NCBI RefSeq assembly: GCF_009834535.1
Contig: NC_045696.1
Location: 61,692,001 to 61,756,000 of the forward strand
Direction of reading: 5' to 3'
From: Camelus ferus
Taxonomy: Eukaryota
Length of the DNA: 64,000 bases
Position numbers and translations under genes: made by a program. The notes under the pieces were generated by a model that saw nothing but the letters and a program-made list of their open reading frames with translations, was not told where the DNA came from and searched no databases. Below, one piece after another: positions 63,031 to 64,000 of this stretch. Every line of letters starts with the position of its first letter. Position 1 is the stretch's first letter.

Positions 63031-64000
63031 CAGTAATCAGCATGGGAGTGGCATTAGTGCTGTTGGAGTTCAGAGGAGTAGAGATCATGTGACAGTTAAG
63101 GAAGAAGTACTATTTGAAAGAGCTCTTGTAGCATGAGTAGAGTTTTTTTTAAGTTGAAAGTGACATTGTTTTTTCCTCATTGCAAGAACAGTACATACTC
63201 ATTTCTAAAAATCAGAATATAGACAAGTATTTTTTGTCTGTAGTCTATGAAGAAGGGGAAAGCACTCAGCTCTCTTACCCATAAAGAGAACCAGTGTTAA
63301 GTGCTTGATAAAATATGGCTAGGTAGTGGATATAGTAGGGAAGAAAAGCTTTCTATGATGGTGCTTGGTGCTGCTTTTGTATCTTTGTTTACAGGGGATA
63401 AAATTGGCTTTGAGATATAATAATGCCAAATTATATAAACTAACATTTTGAGGAACTTTCTATATTTGGTGTTTATGTGAGATTTATTTATGTAACTTCT
63501 TTAAGAAGTTTTCAAATAGACAATCACTAGACAACACTTTCTTGCTCTTTAAGTGACTATTAGGAAGAAGGGATTTTTTGTTGTAATCACACTGAATGTT
63601 GTGTCTTAGAAGTCCATTGTGCTTTTCTCTCCTCTTTGCTCAAAGATTGTCATGTGAATGCTCATCTTTGGAACAGGGTTCTAGCAGATTTAATCTGAGA
63701 AGACAAATTGAAAACTGAATCTTGCCCTCACTGAGATATGGGGATTAATCCCCCCCCAGATAGCAAAGACTGTAAGATTCTCATGAAAGAGAAAGACTTT
63801 ATATCACTATTTATTAACATTTGTACTTTAAAAGTTAGAAAGTAATTCTAGAGAATGAAAACAAAGTTCCTGTGTATTATTAACAACCAGCTCATGAGTG
63901 ATTAGAATATATAATGTTAGGCCTGTTTTCAGAAAAATATGCTACTAAATTCAGACTAGTTCGTGTTGACTTAGTCTTTTAACCAAGTTGGTATAAAAGT

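Noticed and set aside
1..64000. CRISPR arrays, operons or prokaryotic defence systems
   Set aside because: The sequence is mammalian, with spliced genes and SINE/LINE/LTR repeats. No regularly spaced repeat-spacer array was seen.

Overview
Mammalian genomic DNA, AT-rich, with two CpG islands. The tRNA-derived SINE family and the L1 3' ends, with no Alu, B1, Bov-A/BovB or SINEC seen, suggest a cetartiodactyl, probably a camelid (inference). Gene order is CEP19 (minus strand, two coding exons, 163 aa) head-to-head with PIGX (plus strand, six coding exons, 253 aa) across a shared CpG-island promoter at about 18.2-19.1 kb. Next comes the CpG island, non-coding exon 1 and start of the long intron 1 of PAK2 from about 44.2 kb to the window end. 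Main points of interest: (1) PIGX appears to start at a CUG codon, with no in-frame AUG until exon 4. (2) A decayed RAB5A processed pseudogene in PIGX intron 2 keeps its 5' half, lacks the 3' half and poly(A), and ends in a fold-back junction. (3) A nested double retroposition with two pairs of target-site duplications (TSDs) lies downstream of CEP19. (4) A sense L1 3' end with AATAAA just after PIGX exon 5 could give a PIGX lacking its transmembrane helix. (5) The counterpart of a human PIGX cassette exon is present but lacks its AG acceptor. (6) An AUG-UGA start-stop uORF sits right before the CEP19 start. (7) An unexplained exact 23-bp repeat occurs 35 kb apart. Most ORFs in the supplied track are spurious. 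Gene and repeat-family names are from recall, not database searches. I found no evidence for a wholly new multi-gene system.
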